From contig NC_042999.1 in assembly GCF_006345805.1 (NCBI RefSeq), positions 111,600,001-111,664,000 on the forward strand: a stretch of DNA of 64,000 nt, given 5' to 3'. The notes beneath the pieces were generated by a model. That model had not been told where the DNA came from and searched no databases. It saw only the letters and a list, made by a program, of their open reading frames with translations. This DNA is from Octopus sinensis. Taxonomy: Eukaryota. Each line of letters opens with the position of its first letter. The stretch's first letter is position 1. Below, piece by piece: positions 40,718-54,903 of the stretch. Made by a program: the position numbers and the translations under genes.

Positions 40718-41399
40718 GTATGTATCTTGTATAATTCTCGTGTGGATACATTTCGGTGAACAAATGGAAGATAAAGTAGTCAAAAGTAGTTAATAACGCA
40801 GTGTATATTTCGTCATTCAAAGCTGATGAATCTCTAGATCACTATTTTAAGTCTATGTATATGTATTTATATACATATATGTATGTATATGTGTGTATAA
40901 GCATGTACACATACATACACATAAATATATGAAGTTTGATTATTATTAATCCTAAAGTGAGCCTATCCTTTTAAGTTGTTCAAATTGCACATGTTAGGAG
41001 ATTAAAACTCTCTGTTCAAAAATGCTACTCAATACAGTTTCCGTCTCAAATGGTGCGTTTGAGCCATAGTTTAACCTACTTCTCGAATCCCATTTTTACA
41101 AAAATGCAGGTATGCTCTGCTGTACCTACTTCGCCACTGCAAATCCCGTCTCATTCTGTCTGAAGACTGTATCCCACTGGAGCGAACATGAGGAATTCAA
41201 AGCGTGACGGAACTGGACTGTACAATAGACGAGGAACCACTGGCGAACCCAGATTTCCATTTGCCTGATTTGCTACCAAATATGTGTGCAGTCGAGTACT
41301 CTCATGGTTTCTATGTATATATACACATGCCTATATCTGTGTGTGTATATATATATATACACAATCATATATATATACACTCATACATATATATCTATG

Positions 41400-41765
41400 T
41401 ATGCATGTAAGTATGCATGTATGTATGTATGTATGCATGTATGTATGCATGTATGTATGTATGTATGCATGGATGCATGTATGTATGCTGTATGCATGTA
41501 TGTATGCATGTATGCATGTATGTATGTATGTATTTATGCATGTATCATGTATGTATGTATGTAATGCATGGATGCCTGTATTATGCATGTATGCATGTAT
41601 GTATGCATGTATGATGTTATGTATGTATGTATGTATGCAGTAATGTATGTATGTATGTATGTATTTATGTATGTATGTAATGTAGGTATGTATGTATGTA
41701 TGCATTATGTATGTTATGTATTATGTATTGTATGTATGTAGTATGTAGTATGTATGTATGTATGT
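41400..41765. repeat. (ATGT)n/(ATGC) microsatellite
   Basis: Direct inspection. Confidence 0.95.
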
Positions 41766-42779
41766 ATGTGAGAAAATAAGGACAAATAGAAGTTTATGAT
41801 TAACAGGTCCAACGTGCGTTTTACTATTATGGTTGTTTGGAGTCCAGTAGTAGGTGTTCCAAGTGTATTTAGATACTCTGCCACAACGGATCATCAGGGA
41901 ACAATTTATTATGTTGTAAAAGAGACACAAAAGAATGCAGACAATTACCTCAGACAAAATTCATTAAAAATTTGGCCTGATAGAACGTAGAGAATCGGAG
42001 AAAATCCAATAAATCGACAGTATTTCACACAAACTGGAAATCCAGGTGTATTCATCGCTTGCAGGGTATAGCTAAAAACAAGTTAAAGAATAAAGATGTT
42101 AGCATCACATTTATTATCCCTTTAGAATTTCTTCAACAACAGGAAGGGTAAATAAATTATTCAACACGGCGGAACAAATATAAACAAGGATTATGCTGCT
42201 CCATGCAACATTAAGAGAAACCGGATATTTCATGAAGGTTATAAAACCACTTAATAAATGTGATACCATTCTTTTATAGGTTTCACAAACACACACACAC
42301 ACACACAAACATGCATATGTGTGTGTATGTCAGTATATGTGTATGAGCGTGTATATATAAGCATATAAATATATATCCATGTATATTTGTGTGTGTGTAT
42401 GTGTGTGTGTGTATGCATATTTACATCAGTTACATATCTCAAATTTATAAAGAATAATATTATGCATATTTGTACACTCGTAAACACCTAAACACGTACA
42501 AACAAAATAATCAAAGTGTGGACTTTAGCAAATGCTAATTAAAGATTGACAAAATAAAAACTACACTAAATTAGATAAACACTACGTTCAAAAATACACA
42601 ACCATTCACAGTTGTCATTAAAGAAAGAATTTGGAAGTTAGAATTATTTGAAATAACTTCAACCACTATATAGCATGAAAGTCAAAAACAACATATATAG
42701 CAGCATTAATTATTGCATAAGCGTTTTCTTGTTGCATAAATTTTACAGTGTCTGAAAAAGAGATTGAAGTAGATTGGAC

Positions 42780-43260
42780 AACATTGTTTCTCAGATTATA
42801 CAACGGAACCGAAAAACATAAGCAGCTAGCTTCAACCAAGTCACCACTTTCAAAACTAATATGTATTGTAGATATGCCTGAACAGTTCGCGTAACAGAGC
42901 AAGCTTTTAAAGAAATGAGAAACGGAGCCATAATAACGACAGTCTACGTCATCCAGTAAAGCGCTTCTTTTGGCTCGAGACACACATTCAGAAGCAAACT
43001 AAGCCAACAGGCTTGCTTCTTGAAATTCAAACAGAATCGATATCAATATATTCTCATAATGCTTCAGGAAACTAAAAAAAAACAGTGGATTTATGAACGT
43101 CTGTGGTCTCTGGAGCATACTTGTAAATATCCCCAGGATACCAATACGCCATTAAAATGTACTTAATGTTTAATGGAAACATACTGCATCCTAAATTAAG
43201 AAGTCGATTATTCAATATTAACGATAATATATCAAGCCATTGCAAACAAAAAGTGAAATT
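42780..43260 (+). mobile_element. Possible very old Tc1 relic
   Basis: Weak fragments: SQIIQRNRKT, KRFFWLETH, SGFMNVCG and DNISSH (cf. RLQWAREH, GSVMVWG, DNAPCH). No SPDLNPIE seen. Confidence 0.25.
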
Positions 43261-43529
43261 ACTACTAATAGTATTCTAAATACAACGAATATTGTAGTTC
43301 TTGGATTTCAGTAAACACAGCCTTCCAACGAGTGTTGCACTCTCGGCTGTCGGAAAAAGAGTACAATACCGATAATGGAGAGTATTCTCTTTTAGCCTGA
43401 GAAAGACTGCACTGTTGAATAACGTGTAAAAATGACTTTTTATATAGTGATAAAAATGTTTCTTCTGTACGTTAAATCACTCCCCTCCAACAAATCGAGT
43501 TTGCCTAAACAGATACACGATGTGTCACA

Positions 43530-43670
43530 CATCAGGTGTCGAAGTGACCACAGAGTGACAGGAGATAAAATGTCTTGTCCAAGAACACAATGCACTACCC
43601 AGTTTGGGAATTGAAACACCGATATCTCGATCATGAGTTCAACACCCAAAACACTAAGGCATACGCTATC
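43530..43670 (-). mobile_element. tRNA-derived SINE head fragment
   Basis: TGTCTTGTCCAAGAACACAA..GGGAATTGAAAC..CAAAACACTAAGGC, the reverse complement of a tRNA-like head plus conserved domain. Confidence 0.55.
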
Positions 43671-43984
43671 ACACAACATATAACAACCGTTAAACATCTT
43701 ACCTAAAATGCAATTCACACACTCAAAGGAAACTACAACACACCGTTTAACCATCATTAAACAAGAAGAGACAGGAACCAGTTTCAATCATGTTAAACAT
43801 TTTGACATTCAGCACTGACTGGCATTGTATTCGAACGTTTGTACGCTGATAATACTTCAAGAGCTATGGAGTGAATAATCTAATTCGCGCGAATAAACTC
43901 TAGGATTTGGAAGTGAGTCCAGGGATTTTCCTTTGCATCGCTAAACTTTACTCTATCATGTATAAACACACACATATATGCAAG

Positions 43985-44041
<57 letters not shown>

Positions 44042-44083
44042 TTATATATATTTATATCTATCATCTATTTATATACATACATG

Positions 44084-44117
<34 letters not shown>

Positions 44118-44246
44118 ATTTGTTATAATGAGCTTGAAAAGATAATACAAGCAGTACATCGGTAACAATCAACTATTATTTTCTAAAAGTTTATATAAAT
44201 ATCGCATTCTTAATTGTTATAATCCAAATATAAAATATCCACCATA

Positions 44247-44317
<71 letters not shown>

Positions 44318-44482
44318 TATAAATATATATATGTATGTATGTATATATATCTATATATAAAGGGAGTTCAATTAGAGGTTGTAAAAACGTCTATGGCTTA
44401 TTTATATCCAATAAATTACTGGTGTGTTAACTATATGTGATTATGAATATTAGTATTAATGCTCATAAATGATAGGTAATTA

Positions 44483-44826
44483 AAGAAAAATAAGAAAATG
44501 GGGATAAAGTTGATAACAATCAATTATTATTTATTGAATACAAAACAAGACAATTTCAAAGGGACAGCATGTAACATCAATTGGTATATCCTTATTTGCT
44601 CTTTCTATTTCTTTTCTTTATTTTTCTGCTCTGATGAAGTTCCACTATTTAAGTTGGTATAATTATTAACAAAGATAGTTATTATTATTGTAATAATCAA
44701 GCCTCCTTATGCCCAAAATAGCGTTAACAGAAACCGCTGTTAGATGAGATATTGTCTTTTTTTGTAATCAATAAATAATTGATGTTTATCAATTATCAAT
44801 TTTATCCCCATTTTCTTAGTTTTCCT
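44483..44826. mobile_element. Small element bounded by ~65-bp imperfect inverted repeats and TA
   Basis: AAGAAAATGGGGATAAAGTTGATAA at 44492-44516 versus TTATCAATTTTATCCCCATTTTCTT at 44793-44817 (1 mismatch). TA at 44481-44482 and 44827-44828. Confidence 0.7.
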
Positions 44827-45000
44827 TATATGCATATATGTGTGTGAGTATTTCTCTGTTTATGCATATGTACATACACGCATACGTACATACACACATA
44901 CGTACATACACGTGCTTATATATGTATGTATGAATGTATGCATATATGCATATATACACACACAGACACAGCACACACGCGTGCTTATATATGTATCTAT

Positions 45001-45031
<31 letters not shown>

Positions 45032-45232
45032 AGCGTGAAGGCATTAAACACAGCAGGAGCGCATACACGGGGACAGTAAGTGTCGCTGAAGTGGTCACAG
45101 ATGTGTGACGAAAGATTTCTGGACAATGGACATTAGTTAAAAATATAAACAGTAATAATCGAGTGAAGAATGAATATATAATGCTTGTGTTTATTTGGCA
45201 AAAAAAAATGACGCTCCCGAAATATAACAACA

Positions 45233-45274
<42 letters not shown>

Positions 45275-45359
45275 TGCTCTCTCTCCTCTCTCTCTCTCTC
45301 TCTTTATATGTGTGTGTGCGTGTGTGTGTATGTATATATGTACGTACGTACTAAATATA

Positions 45360-45400
<41 letters not shown>

Positions 45401-46179
45401 TTTGGAAGCTAATAACTGACTCCGCCGATTCGCAAACGCTCGTATTTGTTTTGTTTGGAAAGGCCTTGTGCAGAAACGAAAAACCCCAAATTTCAATATG
45501 ATGATTCACCATCCATCAGCTTTAAACACATATACGGTGATATATGTGAGCGCATGTATTTGTGCACTGGAGTGTGTATATATGTTTATATGGCTATATG
45601 TCGATATAATTGTACGTTTATACGTGTTTACGCACACCGTGCACATATACATTCTTGGGTAATGAACAGTATTTTCAGAAAGTGGATCTATGAAAGAATT
45701 GGCAATATGTTTTGGCTAGTATAGAGAATCCTCTTCCAAACACAGCTATTGTCCCTAGATTGAATATATCCATAAAATGTCTTTTTAAGGTAATATAAAT
45801 GAAGTAGTAAAACAGTCTATGACTTAAAACAGCTTGAAAGGAAAATCTTTAGAATTTGTCTATCAAAGAATATGATTCTAAATAACTGAATTCTGAATTC
45901 TAAAAAACAGACAAAAAAATGACTGACTGAGTACTGGATGAATCAATCAATCAATCAATTAATCAAACAAGCCAACAAGCAACTAAGCAATTGATTTTTT
46001 CTTTTCTTTTGTATCTCGATCATATATGATAAAACAGAGTCAATTATTAACTGTTCATAATCATATCGAACTGTAAATGGGTGATTGGCTCTATTGACTT
46101 CTATGAAGAGCAGAAATATTGTGATTCTGTTATAGTCACGCTGTTTTAGCCTTTGTCGTTGATGTTGTTGTTACTGCTA

Positions 46180-46222
<43 letters not shown>

Positions 46223-46384
46223 TGTTGTTGTAGTTGTTGTTGTTGTTGCTGCTGTTTTTGTTGTTGTTGTTTAGACAGTGTCCCACTCATCACTACTCGA
46301 CAAATTTATCACCAAAAGCATTCCGGCCGTGATCATTTCGACTTCTTGTTCTGAGCAATGCGTCAGTTTTGCTTTTTTAAACAT

Positions 46385-46930
46385 TAGAGTGTGATTTTAA
46401 AACTTAAAATTTAGATATGTTTCGACCAAAAATTGGTCCAGGCCATCTCTAACTTAATAGCACCACCTTATAGGATTATCCAAATCCTGTTTAAGTCAAG
46501 TTTTGTTTATGGTCCATTCAAGTAGTGAGTTCTTGTTGAGTGAGTTGTATCCAGGTATGGATGGCTTATCCGGTATTCCTTGAAGAAATCTGTCTAGATT
46601 CCGTTTAAAGGTGATGGGATCCTTTTCCTCTTTGATCTCTTTCGGGACAATGTTAAACAGGACAGGGACTGTTGAGGAAAAGAAATTATATTGCAGTGTA
46701 CCTATATGCTGTGATCCTGAATTGGGCAGGGGACGTATGGCCCGTGGTCCCAGCCTTGGATGAACCTTGAAGCTAATCTTCAGGTCGTTTGGGCAAAGTT
46801 GGCGGTATATTCTCCACATCGTACAAATGATGTACCGCTCGCGCCGGTACTGGAGAGAGTAGAATTTCAAGGATTTAAGGCGGTCCCAATAATCCAGACC
46901 AGTCATGCCTTTTAATGTGAAACTTGTGTC
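46385..46930 (-). mobile_element. CR1/L2-group LINE 3' fragment, ORF2 C-terminus plus 3' UTR
   Basis: Open 136-aa frame YWDRLKSLKFYSLQYRRERYII..PVLFNIVP..FKRNLDRFLQGIPDKP..NSL (46496-46906), followed by a short UTR with a stem-loop. Confidence 0.85.
46496..46906 (-). pseudogene. LINE ORF2 (RT) C-terminal fragment
   Basis: LxxLxxYSLxxRRERY and LFNxxP..FKxxLDxFL motifs typical of CR1/L2-group ORF2 ends. Confidence 0.85.
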
Positions 46931-47067
46931 GGTTTAAGCTCCCATGTTGAAACTTCCGCATTCACAACAGCTGGCATGCTCGAGAGAAGTTCGGTATTTG
47001 TTGTCAATGAAAGGGTGTACGAGAAGAGATACTTCTGAACGATGCTGAAGGTAAGAGAAGACTAGAT

Positions 47068-47560
47068 CGATGATGACAACGGCAGCGACGATGAAAATGA
47101 TGATGAGGACTACAAGAATTATGGTGGTGGTGATGGTGGTGGTGGTGGTGGTGGTGGAGGCGGCGGCGGCGGTGGTGGCGGCGGTGATGGCAGTGATGGC
47201 AGTAATGGCGGCGGCGGCGGTGATGATGATGCCGGCAGCAATAGCGGCGGCGGCGATGGTGGCGGTGGCGGCGGTGGCGGTAGCAGTGGTGGTGCTGGTG
47301 GTAGTGGTGGTGGTGGTGCTGGTGGTGGTGGTGCTGGTGGTAGCGGTGATGATGAGGAGGAGGAAGAGGAGGAGGAGGGGAAGGAGGAGATGGATGGTGG
47401 TAGTGATGATGACGACGACAATGACGAAGATGAGGATGACGAAGGTGACGATGACATCGACGACGAAGACGACGATGATGATGATGATGATGACGACGAT
47501 GTAGATGATTATGATGACCATGATGGTCATGATCATGATCATCAGCATGATGGAGATAGC
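47068..47560. repeat. GC-rich compound trinucleotide tract (GGT/GGC/GAG/GAT)
   Basis: Direct inspection. Confidence 0.95.
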
Positions 47561-49092
47561 CACCAGTAGCTAAAGAAACGGAACGATAATGACGTTCATG
47601 TTGATTGCGGCGGTTCTAAGATAAAGATAAGAATTATTATACATACTATGGTGTGTTTCTATTGTAAAATCATATTATTCAGTAATTTTATTCAATTATT
47701 TTATTACTATTAGAATTATGTTGCATAGAATTGTGATCGATAGAAGTTTGTAGGTCTAATTGAAAACACGTGAGAACTGATAAACGCACTCTTCAAACGT
47801 AGTTAAAATGTTATATAACTATATATCTTCTTGCGTAACATCCGTTCCGCTTGTACGCAATATATTGCAGAAGAATAATCTAGTTTACTAGTTGCATATG
47901 TCAAATATATGAGAATCCCTGCTAATTCACGGAACATCATAGAGATTAGATTTATGTATGCATATACACTTACGCACGCGCGCACGGATGCATTTATATA
48001 TATGTATATACATATATTTATGCACAATTATTTAAATATATATACTCTGTACACACACATATATATATACATATGTATACGTATAAATGCAATTTTTTAT
48101 ATATGTACATTTATATATATATAATATATTATATATATATATGATATATTACATATGTACATTATTATCATGCATATATATATATATACATTTATAGATA
48201 GATACCTGAAACTATGCATACATTATACATAAACAACAACATGCATATATATATATTATATAATATTATATATATATATAATAGATATATATATATATAT
48301 ATATATGCAAAATGCATATATATACAAATATATATATACATATAAATACATAGATTTTATATGTATATATAAAATATACATATATATACACAAATATATG
48401 TATGTATATTATAAACATATATTGTATATTATTATCATTTCACATTACTATTATTGCTACTAATAGTTCTATTACACAGATTTGCATATTCATCTATTAA
48501 TTGCCCCTTTCCTCTCTCAAAAGAATTGTACAAGAAAAATATCAACAGGTATAATTTGGTCGCTTACATTCTTTAGTGAGTTAAGATATGTGTCATGTCG
48601 ATTTCACTGAAGTAAGAACTCGTGTAATATTTGTTTTCTAACTCTCGGACTCATCAAACTCATGTTGATCTCAACGATATTTGAAGTCAGAATCTGAATG
48701 ACAGGTTCTTTATTTCCAATGTTGCTACTCAGATACAATCTGAAGATCTTTGTTTAGTTGAATATATTCATCAGATGATAATATAGAAAGAAAATTTGCA
48801 ACGTTAAGATGCTAGAAAGCTTATAACTATCGATTACAATATCTCAAGCTATTTATGGAGTTATACATTTTATGATTTTTCTTTTTTGACCTTGAATTCA
48901 GGGAGATAAGGACATCACCCACCGGCCTTTTGATTTTCCGGTCTCTGAAATGGTCTAGGCAGCAGCTATCTTCAAATAAAATACTTGGGCCACATTGTTT
49001 TTTCAATAGAGGGAACTCTCCTGAAGATATCCAAAGATAAGTTGAGAGAGTTACATCTGGTAACTGCTTCTATATATACAACACACTCACAC

Positions 49093-49146
<54 letters not shown>

Positions 49147-49158
49147 ATATATATATAG

Positions 49159-49196
<38 letters not shown>

Positions 49197-49197
49197 G

Positions 49198-49862
49198 TCA
49201 GGTCACTTTCGTGTGCTACTGGTAACAAGTAACCCAGTACAACCTGTTACATGGTCGGGCTTTCGGCGTCTAAACCGGCAACCCCACCAAGCTTGCTTGG
49301 TGAGGAGGGTGTTTATTGGACACCCTGCGGGATGAAAAGCAAAACCTGTCAAAGGGCGGAGGAACTCTTGAGAGTCAACGGCTATCCAATAAATGTGTAT
49401 TTTTTTTTTAAGGCTTAAGGCTGTATCATGCGCGGGGACATAGAAATAATCGGACTGAATACCCGATCACGCGGTTAAACCATTGGGTGTGAAGGACTCC
49501 TAGCCTATGTTAGGGCACCCTTCTAGGAGAAGGTAACTCAGGTAACTCGGATAACTCCGACATAAAACATGCGGCTCAGTGGTTTCCGATGATGTTGACT
49601 TGTTCTTCTTTTCGGATTATGGCTGCTGTTGTTTAGTGAGTGGGATTGACTCAGTGCACAGCCTTTCCTCACTTTAAAAAAAATCTTCTTGCACAGGCAT
49701 TGCACGATAGCAACATTGTTCATGATTATTGATAGTGCTGTGAGTCTCAACTGAATAGCTGGCTGTAGCTTTAAAAAGCAAATAAAAGTCACATTCGATC
49801 TCAGCACACAATAACAGTTAAGCTTCGTGCAATGGCCATACTCGATAACGTGGGGGCAGCCA
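49198..49862 (+). mobile_element. Lone RTE-type LINE 5' UTR, flanked by (TA)n, no downstream ORF
   Basis: GGGCACCCTTCTAGGAGAAGGTAACTC (49513-49539) resembles the GGGCAACCAGTCTAGGAGAAGGAAAACTC block I recall from RTE 5' UTRs. The region is GC-rich with several perfect hairpins. Confidence 0.55.
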
Positions 49863-52430
49863 TCATATATATATATATATATATAATTCGGTTTAAGTAA
49901 TTGAGATTCAAGTGAATTCTAATGAATTCACATGAATATGGTCCTTAACCAGGATGCATCGGAAATCTATATGGTGTTAACCATACGACAAGTGGGGTGA
50001 TTACAAATAGGAAAAAAGCAACAAGAATGGATTAAAATCTCGGTACAATTGTTTCGTACGAGGACATCTTTAATAAGCTACAAAAAATGCAGTAAATACA
50101 GATGGCTCGTACTCGTCAGCCGAAAAAACATCAGAGAATTCCCAAACATCAAAAGTGGTAGATACAAAAGAGGGTGTAAGATTAACTGCAATGAAGAAAG
50201 TTCGATTCCTAGAGATCCGATGAAAGGTCTTAAACTTACAGAATTTGTGCATATTGTGTGTATATATATATATACAACGGACTACTTTCAGTTTCTGTCT
50301 ACTTAACTCAACGTGCCGAAGTCAAAATTGTAAAGAGTTTCATCTAGATTTCTATCAAAGCCCCTCATACCAGCACTGAACTGATACTATATTTTATTGG
50401 CCCTAAGTGAATGAAAAGCGTAGTTGGCCTTCCGCAGGATTTGAAATCAGATCGTTGAGAACTGGAACAACTACTACAAAACATTTTCCCTACACACAAG
50501 CACCTGCGAATTCATTGTATGTTTATATGATGATCAATATTCTTAAATCTTATTGCAGTTGAATTTGTTGTTTGGTAACCCAGCCAATCATACTTTATGT
50601 AGTAAAGAGTGAGCAGGTAACAGGGACCCAAGAAACAAACCACAGATTCAGGACTAGAAAGATTTTGACATATGATAACCTTCTAGCTTGCCCCTCTGCT
50701 ACATTACTCGATCACCATTCTTGCCATAATCGATCAGCATTTTAATATAACATCTGAAATGTTGATCTAGCATCATATCATCACCATTTTAATGACTCCA
50801 GAAATTTTTTGAGTCAAGTTTAACGTGATTTTGTTTCTTTCTTTTGTGTTTTGTAAGACAAAAAACTTCGTTAAAAAGTCATTCGCTCTTTCTCCTCACT
50901 TTGAATTACAGGCGTGTCTACATCCAAATGAGTAGTCTTCTAGCAGTGCAAAGGCAAACAATCTAACGTTATATACTGATAAATAAACAGAAATCAAGAA
51001 GAAAATTTAAAAAGGAAACCTTGAAACAAAATTTTAAAACTGGACACCATGCCTCTGGGATTTAAATCAGTTAATAACATAGGAAGAAAAACAAAACATT
51101 GTTTTATTGGCAGTTCTAGGTCATATGAAATACTACTCAGAGATCAACAATAACAAAAATTAAAAAAATATCATCTAGATAGTCATCAAGCAGTAATAGT
51201 GATAATAACAACACTGCAACCACCACAATTATCAACCTCCTCTTCCTACTCCTCCTACCCTATCTCCTCCTCGTCATCACCTCCTCTGCCATCATTGTCT
51301 TCATTATTTCCACCACCATCACCGAGCACAACCATTGCCATTAGCACCACCAGCATCACCAGCATCAACATCGTCATCGTTCTCATCATCATCATCATTA
51401 TCATCATCAGAAATTTCACCATCGTCATCATCATCATCATCGTTGTCGTCGTAACCAAGAGGAAACCAACAAGGACACTAAAGTTGACTACCATAACAAC
51501 AAACACAATAAAACAAAGCAGAAGAATACAAACAGATGTATCAGCGATTCTAAATAATACAACACAGCAACAAAATCAACATCAATAAGAGAAAATTACA
51601 ATTATTTATTTTATTCATTTTTACTTCTTTACAATATATGTTTTTTTTTTCAATTTTCTGTAAAATAAAACAGAAATGAAACGAAAATTTATGTAAACTG
51701 TTGCTATTGTCTTTTTTCTTTTTTACACATGCAACAAGTTAGAGGATTCAATAGCTAAATAAAGAATGGTTTCCAAGAAATAATTAAACGAAAGCTATCC
51801 TATTTCGAAACGATGGTAACTCCCAACGTTATAACTAATTGCTTTATATGAATTTACCCCAGCTTTATTTTGGCTACAGGACACATTTTTTGTCACGAAT
51901 TGGACGCTTTCGTTCTTTACTGATGAGGGATCGAGTTTATTTCATAATTTTGTTGGTTGTTTGGTGTCATTGTTTTTAGGAAAGAAAAGGTTCTTCGGTG
52001 TGAAATAGTCAAAATTTAACAATTACATAGACATTTTGGTAATATGTAAACTATAAGTCTGTGTATATAAAAACAATACGTGTGTAGTTTGTGCATATAT
52101 GTATGAATTATACATGTGTGCGTATGAGCTTGTATGTATGTATTTATGTATGTACGCATGCATGCGTGTATGCATGTATGTATGCACATATGCAAGTATG
52201 TGTGTGTATAGGTGGATATGTATGTGCTAAAGCTATGTGTGTCTATGCGTATGGGTGTAGTAAGAAAATATATTTTGACACTGTTGGCTTTATATTAGAC
52301 AGAAATAGGGGATATGAAAACGAAGAAATTTAGTTGCACAAAATTTAGTTGCATCTATCTATATATCTATCTACTTCTACGTCCATATGCATATATATTT
52401 TAATTATAAATAAATGAATGCATGTATGTG

Positions 52431-52509
<79 letters not shown>

Positions 52510-52518
52510 AATATATAT

Positions 52519-52550
<32 letters not shown>

Positions 52551-53254
52551 CACACCTTTATATACGCATATTATTTATACATTTATGTATGTGCGTGTAT
52601 GCGAACGCACGCATTTATATATAATAGAAACGTCACGCAAAAATAGCAAAATGGTTCTTTCATATAAAGAATTTCGACGAAGAACTCGATAAAATCGAAA
52701 CAATTTGAAGTTTAAAGCAATAATATTAAACATAAAGTTGGTTGAAAAGTAATGACACAGGGAAATGAAAATGACTCACATATACTACGGTAAATATGTT
52801 CATATTTCATATATCATTTTAATAATATATACAGACACACTCTCATGTTGTTAACACATGAAATATAGAAATTACTGGTGACAAGCCATCATCGGCGCTT
52901 AGCAACCGAAAAAAAAAAACTTTAACGGAAATGATTGCTTATATACTGATCATATGCCATATAAAAATTACCAAAGCGTGTTCAGTATTTCGATGCCTCT
53001 ATGGTTGTAAAAAAATTATTTAAAAGATGATTTTTATATATCACCGTCTCTGTATTATAGAAGTAATTTTTGTTAAGAATATTATCTGTGCAATATTGCT
53101 TTTGCACCATATATATACATATGGGGGGAGTGTGTATGTGTGTTATTTGAAACTGTTTAACTTAGGTATCTATCCAAAGAAAAGTATATGTTTGATGAGA
53201 GACATTCGTCCTACGGTTCAACGAAATTAAATTAAACTGTTCCATTTCTTCAGA

Positions 53255-54145
53255 ATATATTTATACATATGCATGCAACCACTGAACATCTCTGACCAGG
53301 AGTTCAATAGAAAGTTATGGGTCTTAGATCTGAAAAGGTTCTGCGCTCTTTCATCCAAACAAAGCCAGCATTTATTCGATCCATTCACATGTGGTATGGA
53401 TTTATCAATTACTTACTATTTAATCACATGCGGTGTTTCGATATCTTTCAAAGTCCATACATAGCTAGCCAACTTAGTAGCTTTACTTTTGTCCCTAAGT
53501 CGGAAGGAGGCTATGTGATTAGCATAGCGATTTTTGAATTCTCCTTCACATAATCCAATATAGGTCATCTTATCAGTTGTATTATTATTCAGGGTTGCTG
53601 TACGTTCTGCCTCATATATGACAGATTTAATCTTACATCATTGGTCAAGAGGAGAGGATCCTGCGTCGCAGCAGTTGCAGCTGGATTCAGGTTCTTGGTG
53701 TTGACCACATGTAATGATACTTTTCATATTTGGGCAGCAGCTATAGGATAATTTCACAGATCGCCAATTGAATATTTTCCTGTATTTGTGAGTGGTTGGA
53801 AAGTGTTTCTCTAAGAGAGACAGAAATCTTTTATCAATGTTAGTTTTTATATTAAGGGAAAAGGGAGGGGTGGATCAAATAATTTTCCTTGGCCTATTTT
53901 TATTTTTTTTATAATCCTGATTAATACTAGAGTGGTTAGGTACTACTTAATCTTTGATACCCTAGATGTATTATTAATATTTTGATTAATAGGGGGATTA
54001 TATATTATTTTCTCTTTGAAGCTACTATTGGCTAGGGCCTTATTATAGTAGGGGGCAGCTTTGTCGAAAATGTTTTTGGAAGAAGAGAAGTTAGACACTC
54101 TGTTGCTAATAATAGCTATAAGATTTTTAAATGCTGCAGTAGGGT
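53255..54145 (-). mobile_element. PLE 3' relic (RT thumb + GIY-YIG), same lineage as 190-2190
   Basis: ISNRVSNFSSSKNIFDKAAPYYNKAL; IKTNIDKRFLSLLEKHFP..KIFNWRSVKLSYSCCPNMKSII; MTYIGLCEGEFKNRYANHIASFR (53500-53568); NKCWLCLDE. Confidence 0.85.
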
Positions 54146-54610
54146 GACACACACACACACACACACAACACACACACACACATACACACACATACACACA
54201 TACACACACACATATATATACATATATGCACATATATACAACAAACTTAATAGGTGCTTATGTATGACAAAAATAGTCACAGAGTTTAGAACTCATTTTA
54301 TAACATTACGCTAAACGCAAGTATTTCCTTACTTAAATACTAGTGAGTATGAGGCTACACAGAATTTATAATTAACTACAAATAATGCGGCGAGTAACTC
54401 AATATAAAAAATTAAAATTAAATACAAATATTTTTGATATTTCCAAAACTTAATTTCTGCAACAGGTTCAACTACTATATATAAACGTTCGCAACAATAT
54501 ACATAATAATAACATAATTATAATTGTTTGTGATCTCAGTATCATCTCATTGAGACGTTTTCAAATAATGTTCAAAGGTTTAATTATTTATTTTTCCTTT
54601 TCTTTTTTTT

Positions 54611-54859
54611 TTTTACCAGTTTCCGTCATTTGACTTCAACCATGCTGGAAAACCGCCTTGAAGGTTTGGTCGAATGCAGCGATCCAGGACTTATTTTTTA
54701 AGCCTACTACTTATTCTATCGCTCCCGTTGCCGAAGCGTTAAGTTACAGGGAGGTAAACGCACCAATACCAGTTGTCAAGCTGTGGCGGAGTGACAAACA
54801 CAGTTACAAAACACACACTGATACATACATACATACATATATATGTGTATTATATATAA

Positions 54860-54903
<44 letters not shown>

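Noticed and set aside
46934-47563. 209-aa and Pro/Ala-rich ORFs
   Set aside because: GC-rich trinucleotide microsatellite, open on both strands.
49260-49330. Twister ribozyme in the RTE-type 5' UTR
   Set aside because: GAGGAGGG is present, but the GCCGGUCCCAAGCCC-like P4 loop and the pseudoknot partners are not.
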